Origin: a phage
Assembly: GCA_025611195.1 (NCBI GenBank)
Contig: GCA_025611195.1_4718.1
DNA length: 64,000 nt
Reading direction: 5' to 3' (one strand)
Each line of letters begins with the position of its first letter. Position 1 is the stretch's first letter. Made by a program: the position numbers and the translations under genes. The notes under the pieces are model-generated. The model was not told the DNA's origin. It did no database searches and saw nothing but the letters and a program-made list of their open reading frames with translations. Of this stretch, positions 7,885 to 17,937 are shown piece after piece.

Positions 7885-10107
7885 TCAGTTAGTCTGAACC
7901 GGCAGCTTGATGTTTTCAGTGTAGACCTTACGCAGGTTCACAACGTTAATCAGACCCAGCAGCGGGCAGTTGTTAACGAAGCGGCAGCGAGGCTGAACCA
8001 TGGTTTCTTTAGAAACCTGACCGTTACGGGTAACCTGAGCAACAGATACCAGTTCCGGTACATACAGGAACATACCGAAGGTCAGCGGATCCGGAGAACC
8101 CTGGATACCACGAGACAGGGTCACGAAGATCTTATCACGCAGCAGGACGTTCGGGTTATCTACAACCACGAAGTTGAAGCTTACACCAACGGTACGGAAA
8201 TCACCATCGGTCTGCAGGAACTGCGGGATGTAGTTGTCGGTTGCTACTACGCAACGCGGTTTCTCATCAGCGTTGGAAGACAGCAGCTGCAGAGCTGGCT
8301 GATAACCAGACTCGGAGTACATGCGATATGCCATCTCACGAATCACGTTCATGATCGCAGCGGACACTTCGGCACGACGTTCTGCAGTGGTGGTACCCTG
8401 AACAGATTTCGCCAGGTCCAGATTGATTTCTTCGAACCACGGACGGATCAGGTAACGACCGAAACCTTCGATCTGGATATCACCGAACTGACGGAAGCGA
8501 GAGGTCGCAACCGCTTTCAGTGCATCTTTGTAGCTGAACAGTTTCTCAACCATCAGGTTGTCGAAACGTGCGTTAGCAGCTTGGATCAGAACGTCCAGGT
8601 CAGCAGCGTTTTCTTCCCAATCCAGCGGACGAGGAATAGAGAACGGAGCCAGCAGGCCGATTGCGTAACGTTCTTGCTTCATGTTGAAGTCAAGGTGTTT
8701 ACCACGTTCACGACGGTTGCTGTTGTTACGGCGAATACGCAGTTCGTAACCAACCAGTTTGAAGCTCAGGTCGTCAGCCAGGTCTTTAAATTCTTGGCTC
8801 TTACGCGGCTGTTCGATGTTGTCCTGATCAACCAGGCGATACAGTTCAGCGTTAGCACCGTTAACACGCAGACCTGCTTTCTCTACGTTGGAAGAACCGT
8901 AAACTTCGATAGCCAGCTGAGCAGCAGATTTCGCATCGATGATGTCCTGCAGCGCTTCAGCTTTCGCGCCTTTAACGTCAACGGTGTTCTCATCAACGAA
9001 GATGGAGTGGGTGTCGAACGCCAGGGTCATTTTGCGGAAGTCGCCTTCCAGGGATTTCTGGAAACCGTTGGTAATCAGACCGGATACGTCGAACGGAACG
9101 TAAGAGGTCTTGCTGTGCTTGGCTGATTTGATTTCCACCAGGATTTTGGTCAGCGTGATCTGAGCATCCAGCGCGTCGGTGTTGTCGCTGTAACCGTTAG
9201 CCAGAATGCTATCGTCTTCAGCGATACCGATCATGTCGATCAGTTTATCAACAGCCAGGTAAGACGTTTTGTAAGTTACGCCTTTGATCTCGATGTCGCG
9301 CGGAGCAACGATAGTTTTGTCAACGAAGTACTGCGCGTTAGCATCGTCAGCACGATAGATCGGATGCAGATCGGTCACGTCGTTGGACAGAACGTCGTTG
9401 TACATGAACGCATCCAGCAGCGGACGACGTACCCAATCAGCCGGAGTACCGTCAGCGTTACGACGCAGGTGGTTGAACACCAGCGGACGACGGAAAGATA
9501 CATCATAACCGATCTGGTTCGGAGCCAGAACGATGGTGTTGTACAGTTCGTTACCCATGCGGCTCAGACGAGAAGCCTTCACGTTGAACACAACGGAGTA
9601 CGGCATCATGTCACGCAGTTCTTTCTGGTCGTAGGACAGCTGAACCAGTTCTTCAGATTCGCAACCGCAGGAATCAGCAGCCATCATGACGAAGTTAGAG
9701 CTGTCAACTTCACGGCCAGACGGAGTGGTGCTGATGTTCATGGAACGTGCTTGTTTAGCATATTCCACCGGGTTGCCATGAGCCAGCATGATCAGTGCTG
9801 CTGCACGAGCCTGCTGTGCGTTCATGGTGAACAGCTGTTCTTCAATACGCTGCTTCTCTTCCGGAGTGGTGGTTTCGAAGCCCAGCATGGACAGAACCGG
9901 TTCTTCTGCTTTACGGATGTCGCTGCTGAAGCTCTTAACATCCATATCGTTAACCAGTTTGTCCATGGATTTGAAATCAACCTTAGAAGCAGATTCCATA
10001 GACAGGAAGGTGTTCTCCAGACCTTTGTCTGCTGGTTTGCTACCATTAGCGGTCAGGAACTGGCGAGTGGCCGCGACCTGTTGGCTAAGAAGGGTTTTAT
10101 CATTCAT
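7885..10107 (-). CDS. abundant protein, candidate major capsid protein of a jumbo phage (740 aa); identity not verifiable from sequence alone
   Basis: strongly biased codon usage (cgt/ctg/gaa/ggt-rich) typical of very highly expressed genes; size fits phiKZ-type MCP; N-terminal LSMESA motif shared with paralog family; hairpin after stop. Confidence 0.7.
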   Translation of the reverse strand: MNDKTLLSQQVAATRQFLTANGSKPADKGLENTFLSMESASKVDFKSMDKLVNDMDVKSFSSDIRKAEEPVLSMLGFETTTPEEKQRIEEQLFTMNAQQARAAALIMLAHGNPVEYAKQARSMNISTTPSGREVDSSNFVMMAADSCGCESEELVQLSYDQKELRDMMPYSVVFNVKASRLSRMGNELYNTIVLAPNQIGYDVSFRRPLVFNHLRRNADGTPADWVRRPLLDAFMYNDVLSNDVTDLHPIYRADDANAQYFVDKTIVAPRDIEIKGVTYKTSYLAVDKLIDMIGIAEDDSILANGYSDNTDALDAQITLTKILVEIKSAKHSKTSYVPFDVSGLITNGFQKSLEGDFRKMTLAFDTHSIFVDENTVDVKGAKAEALQDIIDAKSAAQLAIEVYGSSNVEKAGLRVNGANAELYRLVDQDNIEQPRKSQEFKDLADDLSFKLVGYELRIRRNNSNRRERGKHLDFNMKQERYAIGLLAPFSIPRPLDWEENAADLDVLIQAANARFDNLMVEKLFSYKDALKAVATSRFRQFGDIQIEGFGRYLIRPWFEEINLDLAKSVQGTTTAERRAEVSAAIMNVIREMAYRMYSESGYQPALQLLSSNADEKPRCVVATDNYIPQFLQTDGDFRTVGVSFNFVVVDNPNVLLRDKIFVTLSRGIQGSPDPLTFGMFLYVPELVSVAQVTRNGQVSKETMVQPRCRFVNNCPLLGLINVVNLRKVYTENIKLPVQTN

Positions 10108-10256
10108 TGAAAGTATCCTTTACAGAATTAACTTATATAAGTCGGTCGATAGACCATAGCGTACACGCGTGCATGCGCCACTATAGTATCAGTAAACACT
10201 TACCGTTATTGAGGTTGTGATACAACACTAAAAATGCCGCATAACTTTTCCCTACG

Positions 10257-10877
10257 TCACAAACGACGCAGGCGATAATGGATGGAACGATTGGTGCAAT
10301 ATGAACGGAACAGCGGCAATTGCGCAACTTCCGCAAGACTCATATTAATTCGCAGATGTTCAATAACGGCGCTGTAGTTATCAGCAATACGATCGCTCAA
10401 TAACTCTTCTGCCAATAAAGGAAGACAATCGACAACAATCGCGATCACATCCTCATTAACATAACGCACCCGAACACTCAACGGACGTTTGTCTGGGCTG
10501 TAAGTTGGATCCGCCAAACGACGTTCAATATCACGCGGATAGCTCGTCAGTAAATGGTAATAACCATTGTCATAACGATTGATGTACTCACACAGCACAT
10601 CAACATTCTTCTCCGACGGCAAACCTGTTTCGTCATAGTGATACGCAAACATACCACCAAGTAGGTTGTTAAGATGTACCGCAGGGTTCGCTTGTTCGTG
10701 TTCTTTCGTGATGAAGAAAGGCACGTTTTGGGCTGCGAAATAAAAACCTACATCATTGGGCGATAGTATGCCGAAAAGACTTTTAGGATCCAACAGCACC
10801 TGTAAGTCATCACGCGCATTTCGAATAATCGCGTGTTCTACCCAATTCGGAACGACGAGATATCGGAGTTCCTTCAT
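10257..10877 (-). CDS. hypothetical protein (206 aa)
   Basis: ORF with SD-like AGAGGT upstream of ATG. Confidence 0.6.
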   Translation of the reverse strand: MKELRYLVVPNWVEHAIIRNARDDLQVLLDPKSLFGILSPNDVGFYFAAQNVPFFITKEHEQANPAVHLNNLLGGMFAYHYDETGLPSEKNVDVLCEYINRYDNGYYHLLTSYPRDIERRLADPTYSPDKRPLSVRVRYVNEDVIAIVVDCLPLLAEELLSDRIADNYSAVIEHLRINMSLAEVAQLPLFRSYCTNRSIHYRLRRL

Positions 10878-10916
10878 TATGATTACCTCTTTGCAAGTAT
10901 CGAAAGGATTGAGTCG

Positions 10917-12527
10917 ATGGACCCAAAACAGATAGCCATTAAGATTATTACGTTACTGTTTCGTAACGCACAATTGAACCATCCCGATCCCAGTACGATC
11001 GACCATGTTAAATCCGTCTTAGATAAAGTCGAACCCCCGAAAAACCATCTCGCTACGGACATAGATAGAGAGGTTTTCAACAACCTGATGAATACCATTC
11101 ATTGGATGCTGGAACAACCGTTATCGGAACCTTTCGACAAACAACAGTTGTTACAAAGGATACGTTTAGATTGCCTTGAGCAAAGCAATCTTTACGAGAT
11201 TCTTGCCGACGGACTGTACGATATCGAAGACGATGCTCATATCAGTAAGGTCTGTTCGCTTTATTACAACGAATTGCGTAACCTGGTTACCCGCCGTCGT
11301 GTTTTCGAAACCTTTAGAAACACGTACATGGATATCAGTAACGGGCGACTTGGGGATAAAGAATTTTTCGATGCGATGGCGAATTTGAAATTATCGCTTG
11401 ATAGTATCGAAATGGATACCGAAAATCCCGAAGAGATGTCGTGTATGGTTGATGGCTTTATTGCCGACAGCGAAGACGATATCGAGAAAGTCGAACGCAT
11501 GTTCGTCAAAGCGATGGAACGTAACAGTCCTGAAGGTGGGTTTGTAACCGGCTGGCAAGGTTTTAATAAAATGTTGGGGTCGGTCGGCGTTTTACGTCGC
11601 GGTACCTTAGGACTGATTGGTGCAATGCAGCACCGAAATAAATCGGGTGTGTTGTTAAAACTGTTCACGCATCTGGCATTGTACAATAAACCTCATTTCT
11701 TTTTTCCGGAGCGAGCAAAGAAAGCATTACTGATTCATTTGTCAACAGAAAACGAAGTAGAAGAAAACACGCTTCAGATATACAAGAACATGCGAGAACA
11801 GGAAACAGGCGAATATGTCGATATTCGTAAGATTGACCCTCGCGAGGCATCACGTTATGTGTTGAAGGTGTTCAACGATGCGGGTTTCTCTGTTTGTATG
11901 CGCCGTGTTGACGGGATGAGTTACAAACAACTCGCTAATCTCATCGACCATTTCGAACGCATGGGTTATGAGGTCATGGCGTTGTTCATTGACTATCTGA
12001 AAATGTTCTCATCGGAAGGGCTGGATAGAAATGGACCGACCGGCGCATGGCTACAAGAACTCTTCAACAAAGTCCGTAACCTCTGCAGTGTTAAACGTAT
12101 TTTAGGTATGACCGTACACCAGCTGTCATCCGACGCGAAGATGCGCGCACGTGATGGTAACGACGAAGAGTTTGTTGACCAGGTCGCAGGCTTAAGTTAC
12201 TGGGATGGTTGTAAAGGGATTGACCGTGAGATCGATCTTGAAGTGATTGTTGATATCGTTAAGGAACCGGGTAAACGTCAAAGCTGGCAAGTCTTTGCAT
12301 TAGGGAAGGACCGTCAACCGGATAACGGTTCAACAAAACCTGAGGATAAACATTTCACAATGCCATTCCAAACCATCGGGATGCTTCCTGATGATTACGG
12401 TAAGAAAGCAGTATACTGCCGTAAGGTTGGTGGACAACCGGTCTCCGAGGGAGGTAAAGGTCCGTGGAACAAATTCGATGAAAATGCAGCACCGAGTAAT
12501 GAATTACAATTTGATTTAGAATTTTAA
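10917..12527 (+). CDS. hypothetical protein (~536 aa); start moved to internal ATG with AAAGGA Shine-Dalgarno
   Basis: track ORF 10833-12527 overlaps divergent gene start; ATG at 10917 has SD at 10903-10910. Confidence 0.65.
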   Translation: MDPKQIAIKIITLLFRNAQLNHPDPSTIDHVKSVLDKVEPPKNHLATDIDREVFNNLMNTIHWMLEQPLSEPFDKQQLLQRIRLDCLEQSNLYEILADGLYDIEDDAHISKVCSLYYNELRNLVTRRRVFETFRNTYMDISNGRLGDKEFFDAMANLKLSLDSIEMDTENPEEMSCMVDGFIADSEDDIEKVERMFVKAMERNSPEGGFVTGWQGFNKMLGSVGVLRRGTLGLIGAMQHRNKSGVLLKLFTHLALYNKPHFFFPERAKKALLIHLSTENEVEENTLQIYKNMREQETGEYVDIRKIDPREASRYVLKVFNDAGFSVCMRRVDGMSYKQLANLIDHFERMGYEVMALFIDYLKMFSSEGLDRNGPTGAWLQELFNKVRNLCSVKRILGMTVHQLSSDAKMRARDGNDEEFVDQVAGLSYWDGCKGIDREIDLEVIVDIVKEPGKRQSWQVFALGKDRQPDNGSTKPEDKHFTMPFQTIGMLPDDYGKKAVYCRKVGGQPVSEGGKGPWNKFDENAAPSNELQFDLEF

Positions 12528-12553
12528 ACGCAAAAAAAAAAGATTGTACGGTT

Positions 12554-12585
12554 CCCTCCTCCAACCCGTAAGGGAAGGAGGAGGG
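12554..12585. terminator. palindromic hairpin element CCCTCCTCC-AACCC-GTAA-GGGAA-GGAGGAGGG between convergent genes, A10 run on plus side
   Basis: perfect 9-bp stem plus inner CCC/GGG; conserved family. Confidence 0.6.
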
Positions 12586-12600
12586 TTATGACCGCGGTGG

Positions 12601-12927
12601 TTAACTTATCGTCATAAATTCGCTTGGTGAGAATTTCCAACCATTCTCATTGAGAAGTGTGTTGAGTTTCGCTGCGACGATAAGCCATGCATGCATAGCC
12701 GTTATGTCGTATTGGCGATTCACTCGACGTTGGTTTTCGATATTGATTTGCTCCTGTTCAGTGATGTTTGGATAGAGTGAGATAGCGCTGGGCTTACCCA
12801 ACGCGCTAGTCATCACCGCAGTACATTCACTGATAATGTTGTTTAAGTGGTAGTTGTATACCGTTCCACGCATGACGCGATGACGGCATTCGATAATAGC
12901 GTCGTAAATGATTTCTCGAGTAATCAT
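12601..12927 (-). CDS. hypothetical protein (108 aa)
   Basis: ORF in minus-strand gene string. Confidence 0.5.
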   Translation of the reverse strand: MITREIIYDAIIECRHRVMRGTVYNYHLNNIISECTAVMTSALGKPSAISLYPNITEQEQINIENQRRVNRQYDITAMHAWLIVAAKLNTLLNENGWKFSPSEFMTIS

Positions 12928-12933
12928 GATAAC

Positions 12934-13335
12934 TTAAAACATACGTTCGTTTTTAGCACGTGCGGCCATTACCAGATCGTAGATACCCGCGGTTCGTAAA
13001 CATTCGTCGTAGTAACGATGTGCGCCTTCCTCAGCCATCCATGATAACCCACGACTATCCGCAACAATAACCAATTTGTTATTGTTGAATGCACACACAA
13101 CACGGTAAGTCGCGTTGTTATTCGGATCGCGAGTGATCAGTTCATAGACACCGTTAACAGGTTTACTGAATTCGCCATTTAACGGGACGAGTTCGGTAGT
13201 ACCTTCAGCAAACGTTACGTTGATCGGAGAAGGATCTTTAGCGATAACAGTATATTCCACATTGTGTTCTTTACTGGTCATAATGCCGAAGTAAGAACTG
13301 ATAGGAGAACGCGGTACACTAAGAATATTAAACAT
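12934..13335 (-). CDS. hypothetical protein (~134 aa); start moved to ATG at 13335 with AAGAGGA SD
   Basis: longer track ORF would overlap upstream gene; internal start has strong SD. Confidence 0.5.
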   Translation of the reverse strand: MFNILSVPRSPISSYFGIMTSKEHNVEYTVIAKDPSPINVTFAEGTTELVPLNGEFSKPVNGVYELITRDPNNNATYRVVCAFNNNKLVIVADSRGLSWMAEEGAHRYYDECLRTAGIYDLVMAARAKNERMF

Positions 13336-13405
13336 GAAAGTTGTCCTCTTAATTGGATATAAATTGTTGAGTTTGTGATTGGGAAATGAAAACGTTGTTT
13401 CGGTT

Positions 13406-13978
13406 TTAGACGATGAGTGACCAGGTGGTAAGCACACCGCTTGCGAATTCGAGCTTAAGACGTTTACCGATAAGTTGTTGTTGAATCATCTTTTCAGTGA
13501 TACGTCGATCTTGCTGAACCGCTTTATCAAACGCTTCTTTCGCTTCGGCTTGGTAGAAGTTCGTTTCTTCGTTGTCGTCGATCTCTTCGAGAGCGTCATC
13601 GTCGATGTCAGCAAGTTTCACTCGACCGTTTTCATCAGGTTGTTCTGCAGGCTCATTGTCATAAGGCGTGTCTTTTGTTGGTGCGACACGATGATGCAAC
13701 TCGACCTGTGTTAACATGATCTCCATCTCACCATCGATAGGGATGATTTCATCGGCGCAGCCGTTTTCGGTCAGCTCTCGACTTTCCAGTAATGTCGTGG
13801 TGACAGAGAACACCTCTTCAACAGGAACCTCATCATCGTCGATAGTGTTAACCGTATTGCTGGTAACTTCGGCAACGACCATCAAATCGAATGCGTGAGG
13901 ATCACCTGGCATTTTGATTCCTGGAAGTTTGTTGAGGTACCAAGGATCGAGAATCATGATTTCTGGATTAAACATCAT
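13406..13978 (-). CDS. hypothetical acidic protein (190 aa)
   Basis: ORF; Asp/Glu-rich. Confidence 0.55.
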   Translation of the reverse strand: MMFNPEIMILDPWYLNKLPGIKMPGDPHAFDLMVVAEVTSNTVNTIDDDEVPVEEVFSVTTTLLESRELTENGCADEIIPIDGEMEIMLTQVELHHRVAPTKDTPYDNEPAEQPDENGRVKLADIDDDALEEIDDNEETNFYQAEAKEAFDKAVQQDRRITEKMIQQQLIGKRLKLEFASGVLTTWSLIV

Positions 13979-14049
13979 TTTACCTTTCTATGTTAGGTGG
14001 ATTGCGGATAGAAGAATCAATGCATAAACTAATTTAAGTTTGTTAAGGT

Positions 14050-14952
14050 TTACTTAGCCTTTGAGTTATGCGGACTAACATGCTGTTGTACTCGTTGGAT
14101 TGTATCGTAGTACGGGTTAGATTGGTTGAACATGTTGTTGTGTGGGGGATAGCCATATGGCGCATTTTGCCTTGTTGGTGAGAAACCTTGTTGAGAAGGA
14201 CGGTTTGAATTAACCGCGAGTACGTAGTAAACCAAATTTTGACGGTCGAATGTTCCTTCGTTTTTGAAAGTGTCGGCGTAGGCTTTTACCGCTGGAGTGA
14301 GCCTATCACCATCGGCTGTAATAATTGTACCGTCTGGGTAAACTTCCCGAACGACGCACCATGTTCCGATGAGAACATCTTTAGGTGCTGTATTACCATA
14401 TCCGGTTGTAACGGTAAGGTAAGTATCGAACCCTTCAGAACAACAAGGATGACGATAGATGGGTCCTGTCATTTCCGTTCTATCGGTATCGCTACATTGT
14501 TCTATTGAGAGCGATGATGTGTCGGTTTTGAAATTGTCAAATTCTTTCTTTAAGTCGATTACGGGTTCTTTCGTATAGTACTTCTTGATTGCTTTGACGT
14601 AAAGATCAGGAACGGTTGTCAGCAATCCGTTATACCTGATTCTCAGGTTTTCGAGTAATCCAAAGATGCTCGCGCATGCCTGTTCGCGAGGTTTTGTAAG
14701 ATAAGAGATCCCCTCAGGAACGCTGGGATCTTTGAGAAAGAAGATTGCGTTATTGTCGTTGTGCGATGCGTTGAAGAAAACGATTGATTCGATATATACG
14801 GAGCATAGGCTGTCATTGGCGTCGTCAGATAACACCCAGATGCACTCATCGGTCGTCTTGTTTAAAAGTTCTGTTTTGTCGACCAAACGTTGTTTCATTG
14901 CGAGGAAATGTGCCTGTTGTTCAGCAGTTAATTCACGATAAATAGTGGTCAT
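14050..14952 (-). CDS. hypothetical protein (~300 aa), paralog of 15038-15811
   Basis: start at ATG 14952 with AAGGAG SD; C-terminal block HPCCSEGFDTYLTVTTGYGNTAPKDVLIGTWCVVREVYPDGTIITADG matches HPECHTTYDRYLTITGGVAAPSPVDIGEWRMIREIYPDGRIVTFCG in the neighbour. Confidence 0.65.
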   Translation of the reverse strand: MTTIYRELTAEQQAHFLAMKQRLVDKTELLNKTTDECIWVLSDDANDSLCSVYIESIVFFNASHNDNNAIFFLKDPSVPEGISYLTKPREQACASIFGLLENLRIRYNGLLTTVPDLYVKAIKKYYTKEPVIDLKKEFDNFKTDTSSLSIEQCSDTDRTEMTGPIYRHPCCSEGFDTYLTVTTGYGNTAPKDVLIGTWCVVREVYPDGTIITADGDRLTPAVKAYADTFKNEGTFDRQNLVYYVLAVNSNRPSQQGFSPTRQNAPYGYPPHNNMFNQSNPYYDTIQRVQQHVSPHNSKAK

Positions 14953-15037
14953 GTTGGGCTCCTTGATTACGATAAGGATGATTGCGGTTTTGTGGGTTTG
15001 GTAGGGCCCTAAACAAAGGAACCCTACCAATATTAGG

Positions 15038-15811
15038 TTAATCAGGATCGGCGTAGAAATGGTGAGGATAGCCGGAGTACGATCCTGCGTTACCGGCTAT
15101 GGATTCTTTCTGGGAATCGACGACGAGCGCATAGAACTGTCGGGAATTTGTTAGCGTTGAGAAATAAGCGGAAAGGACTTTTTCATTCAATGCATCACAA
15201 GGTAGGCAGGTGCGACCGCAAAACGTCACGATACGGCCGTCAGGATAGATCTCACGAATCATTCTCCACTCACCGATATCCACTGGTGATGGCGCTGCTA
15301 CACCACCTGTTATCGTTAAGTAACGATCGTACGTGGTATGGCATTCAGGATGAATATAGATCGGCTTGTTCGTTTCGACAGGTTCCGAAGTATCTCGACG
15401 ACTAAGAAGCTCAACGACTTCAAGATAAATCGTTGGTAGATCGCGGAGAATACCGGTGCTACGACGTTTCTTTGTGATTCGCGGACGAATCTCGTTGAGA
15501 GCGTATTCGAGCTTACGTTCAGCTTCGTACGCATCGAGTTTTATCAAGCGACCCGGTTCATCGGAATGATCCTGAGTTACGTAAACGAAATACGTGTCGC
15601 CTTTTGCAGCGTGAAAGATTCGAGCGACCTTAAATGTTTCTACGGTACGATAACCAAGGCGCGATTGATTTTCCACAGGAGAAAATATCCAATGCCGTCC
15701 TTCGTCAGCCTCAACAATTTCGTTGAAACTATCTGTCTGTTCTGGGACCTGGTAGTCAGCCAGTAATGTGTCGAGAGCATCATCAGCCAGTTTGATGTAA
15801 ATATCTGTCAT
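15038..15811 (-). CDS. hypothetical protein (257 aa), paralog of 14050-14952
   Basis: shared C-terminal domain with adjacent gene; preceded by promoter-like motif. Confidence 0.65.
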   Translation of the reverse strand: MTDIYIKLADDALDTLLADYQVPEQTDSFNEIVEADEGRHWIFSPVENQSRLGYRTVETFKVARIFHAAKGDTYFVYVTQDHSDEPGRLIKLDAYEAERKLEYALNEIRPRITKKRRSTGILRDLPTIYLEVVELLSRRDTSEPVETNKPIYIHPECHTTYDRYLTITGGVAAPSPVDIGEWRMIREIYPDGRIVTFCGRTCLPCDALNEKVLSAYFSTLTNSRQFYALVVDSQKESIAGNAGSYSGYPHHFYADPD

Positions 15812-15864
15812 GTTTGTATCCTCGGTTATTAAGAGAAATTTACAGTGATAACAGTAAGCGTTGT

Positions 15865-15888
15865 TATCACCTAGGTAATATAGTCGCG
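15865..15888 (-). promoter_or_regulatory. conserved early-promoter-like motif (minus-strand reading CGCGACTATATTACCTAGGTGATA) followed by 5'-UTR inverted repeat AGTGATAACA...TGTTATCAC (15844-15870)
   Basis: near-identical to motif at 53555-53578; placed between a hairpin and the next gene start. Confidence 0.5.
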
Positions 15889-15924
15889 AAATAAACTGGA
15901 GTAATGCGCTTAAGACAGCATAAA

Positions 15925-15957
15925 CCCCTCTCCCAACCCGTCAGGGAAGGGAGAGGG
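15925..15957 (-). terminator. palindromic hairpin element CCCCTCTCCC-AACCC-GTCA-GGGAA-GGGAGAGGG
   Basis: inverted repeat immediately after stop of 15962-17329. Confidence 0.55.
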
Positions 15958-15961
15958 AATA

Positions 15962-17329
15962 TTAAACGGTTGGACGAACGGTATTGTCTTTTTCTGGTGC
16001 GATCCATAACGTGACCGTACCATGGCATGTCCACTGTGGTTCACGTACAGAAGAACCCGCCATCGTTACAGCGCAATCGGTACGCATGATGACCCCATAT
16101 GCTTCGCAGAGGTTGTTATCCTGCATCCACACAACTTTAGCGGGCATACCGGGATACAACAGATCCATGTTTGCGTATTCCCACACCAACTGCATTGTTC
16201 TACCGCGTAATCCAGCAGTATTGCTTATTTCACGCCATCGGTTATCGGTTACGCGTCCCATCCCTTTCGCCACCTTCACGTTATCGCTACGCTCTTCAGT
16301 TACGTACTCGCTAACGTTTACGGTACGACTGATTATGGTATCGCCCCCCTTTGATAATGTCATCCCCTGACTCATCTGACTTGCCGAAACAAAACGCCCA
16401 CCCGCATTACCTAACAACGAAGCCGCGTTATTGACGTCGCTTACCGACGCCCCTCTCGTACATGCAATTTCCACGTATTTGTCGCGATTGATCCAGGTCT
16501 TGTCCATACCCGGAAACATATCGGCAGGATAGTTGTAAAAGATAGCTGTACGTCGACCGTCAGAGAAACGGGTTTCGTCGTATAAGGGGTAGATATACAG
16601 ATACGGGGATTGATAATAACAACCGACATCTGCTGAATAAATACCAACCTGGTTCTGGATTTTATCTACGAGATCCATCGCATTGGTACCGTGTGGAAGA
16701 ATAAGCAACTTGAATGGGTTGTCGTTATTCGGTGCAACGATATCCACACCCTGCATTTTGAATCCGGTGTCAGCTTCAACCGCAGAAAGTATCTTGCTGA
16801 ATTCAAGGCGCAACACATCCAGCACTTTCGATCCAGTATAGTTCTCACCGGTTTCTGATTGCATGAAGCTTTCAAGAACAGGATCGAACAGTTGAAATTG
16901 AAGATCGACCATTTGTTCGTAGTCTTTCTTCGAAGAATCGGTTGCGGTACGTTCGTCGGTAGCAGACATACGACTGTCTACGGTTGTTAAACAGACCGCC
17001 CGGTAGACATAAGCCTGTGCGGCATCGTCTACGGTTTGGCGTTGTCCGCGCATCAGGCTGTACGCCTGCACGATGATGCGCATTTTAAGTTGTTGTTGGT
17101 ACGGTAGAATGTATTTTCCGTAACTGCCTGGTGGAAACTTTACAGAGATATAAAGTTCATCCCCTGCGTTACGTTCATAGTCTCGATACGTGTGGACTTG
17201 AGTCACTAAAGGAACAGACACCGTCATTGACGGCGTGATTAATTCCGCGGTGACTTTATACGCAACAGCAACAGCTTCCTGCGCAAACGTACCGATATAC
17301 CGTCCTAACGGCGTCTGTTTGTAATCCAT
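15962..17329 (-). CDS. hypothetical protein (455 aa), probable structural-module gene
   Basis: long ORF in tightly packed co-directional block 15962-21178. Confidence 0.7.
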   Translation of the reverse strand: MDYKQTPLGRYIGTFAQEAVAVAYKVTAELITPSMTVSVPLVTQVHTYRDYERNAGDELYISVKFPPGSYGKYILPYQQQLKMRIIVQAYSLMRGQRQTVDDAAQAYVYRAVCLTTVDSRMSATDERTATDSSKKDYEQMVDLQFQLFDPVLESFMQSETGENYTGSKVLDVLRLEFSKILSAVEADTGFKMQGVDIVAPNNDNPFKLLILPHGTNAMDLVDKIQNQVGIYSADVGCYYQSPYLYIYPLYDETRFSDGRRTAIFYNYPADMFPGMDKTWINRDKYVEIACTRGASVSDVNNAASLLGNAGGRFVSASQMSQGMTLSKGGDTIISRTVNVSEYVTEERSDNVKVAKGMGRVTDNRWREISNTAGLRGRTMQLVWEYANMDLLYPGMPAKVVWMQDNNLCEAYGVIMRTDCAVTMAGSSVREPQWTCHGTVTLWIAPEKDNTVRPTV

Positions 17330-17331
17330 GT

Positions 17332-17937
17332 TTAACGACCCCGTTGCTGTTGTTGAATGATGAATTCTTCGATCTTCGTGCCACGGAATTCGCTGTGACG
17401 AACTGCTTGCAGCTGCTCTTCAACGGTTGGACCAGCGTGGAGACCACCACGACGTGCACGGTTGATGCCGATGCGACGACGTTGACCGATTTCACGCAAA
17501 CGTGAAGATAATCCGCTCATTTCGGTTGGGTCTTTAATACGACCGCGTGCAACGTTCCACAGACCACCCATGAACTCTTCGAGAATACGACTGGCTTCGA
17601 GAGATGGTACGCGTGCGTTAGGATCGTTTTCGAGATTGTATTTAACGTATTCCGTGTGTTCCAGAAGAAGCATGAACATCTTCATGGCGTTCACGTCAGG
17701 ATTTGCAATACGCATAGGGACACCACGAGAATGCTTCTCAGCAGCCTGCGGTACGGTGAGCTGTGCGGGCACCTCTTCGTTCATGGTCATATCGTCGATT
17801 TCTGCAACCCCTGAAGAGTAGACACCGCTGACCTCATTGGTGTAATTGTCCACCATGAATTTACGGGGAATCCAGAATTCGAATTTACGTTCAAATAGAC
17901 GTTTGGTTGGAGTATCTTTAACGTGTTGTAGACTCAT
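17332..17937 (-). CDS. hypothetical protein (201 aa)
   Basis: ORF, overlaps neighbours by a few nt (coupling). Confidence 0.65.
   Translation of the reverse strand: MSLQHVKDTPTKRLFERKFEFWIPRKFMVDNYTNEVSGVYSSGVAEIDDMTMNEEVPAQLTVPQAAEKHSRGVPMRIANPDVNAMKMFMLLLEHTEYVKYNLENDPNARVPSLEASRILEEFMGGLWNVARGRIKDPTEMSGLSSRLREIGQRRRIGINRARRGGLHAGPTVEEQLQAVRHSEFRGTKIEEFIIQQQQRGR

Noticed and set aside
7810-9126. Long plus-strand ORF (438 aa) antisense to the 740-aa gene; similar antisense ORFs at 9364-10110, 1867-2622, 2935-3687, 21975-22622 and 23619-24368
   Set aside because: They lie entirely inside longer, better-supported minus-strand genes, have no SD or start context, and their translations are low-complexity. 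They are most likely shadow ORFs created by codon bias on the coding strand.
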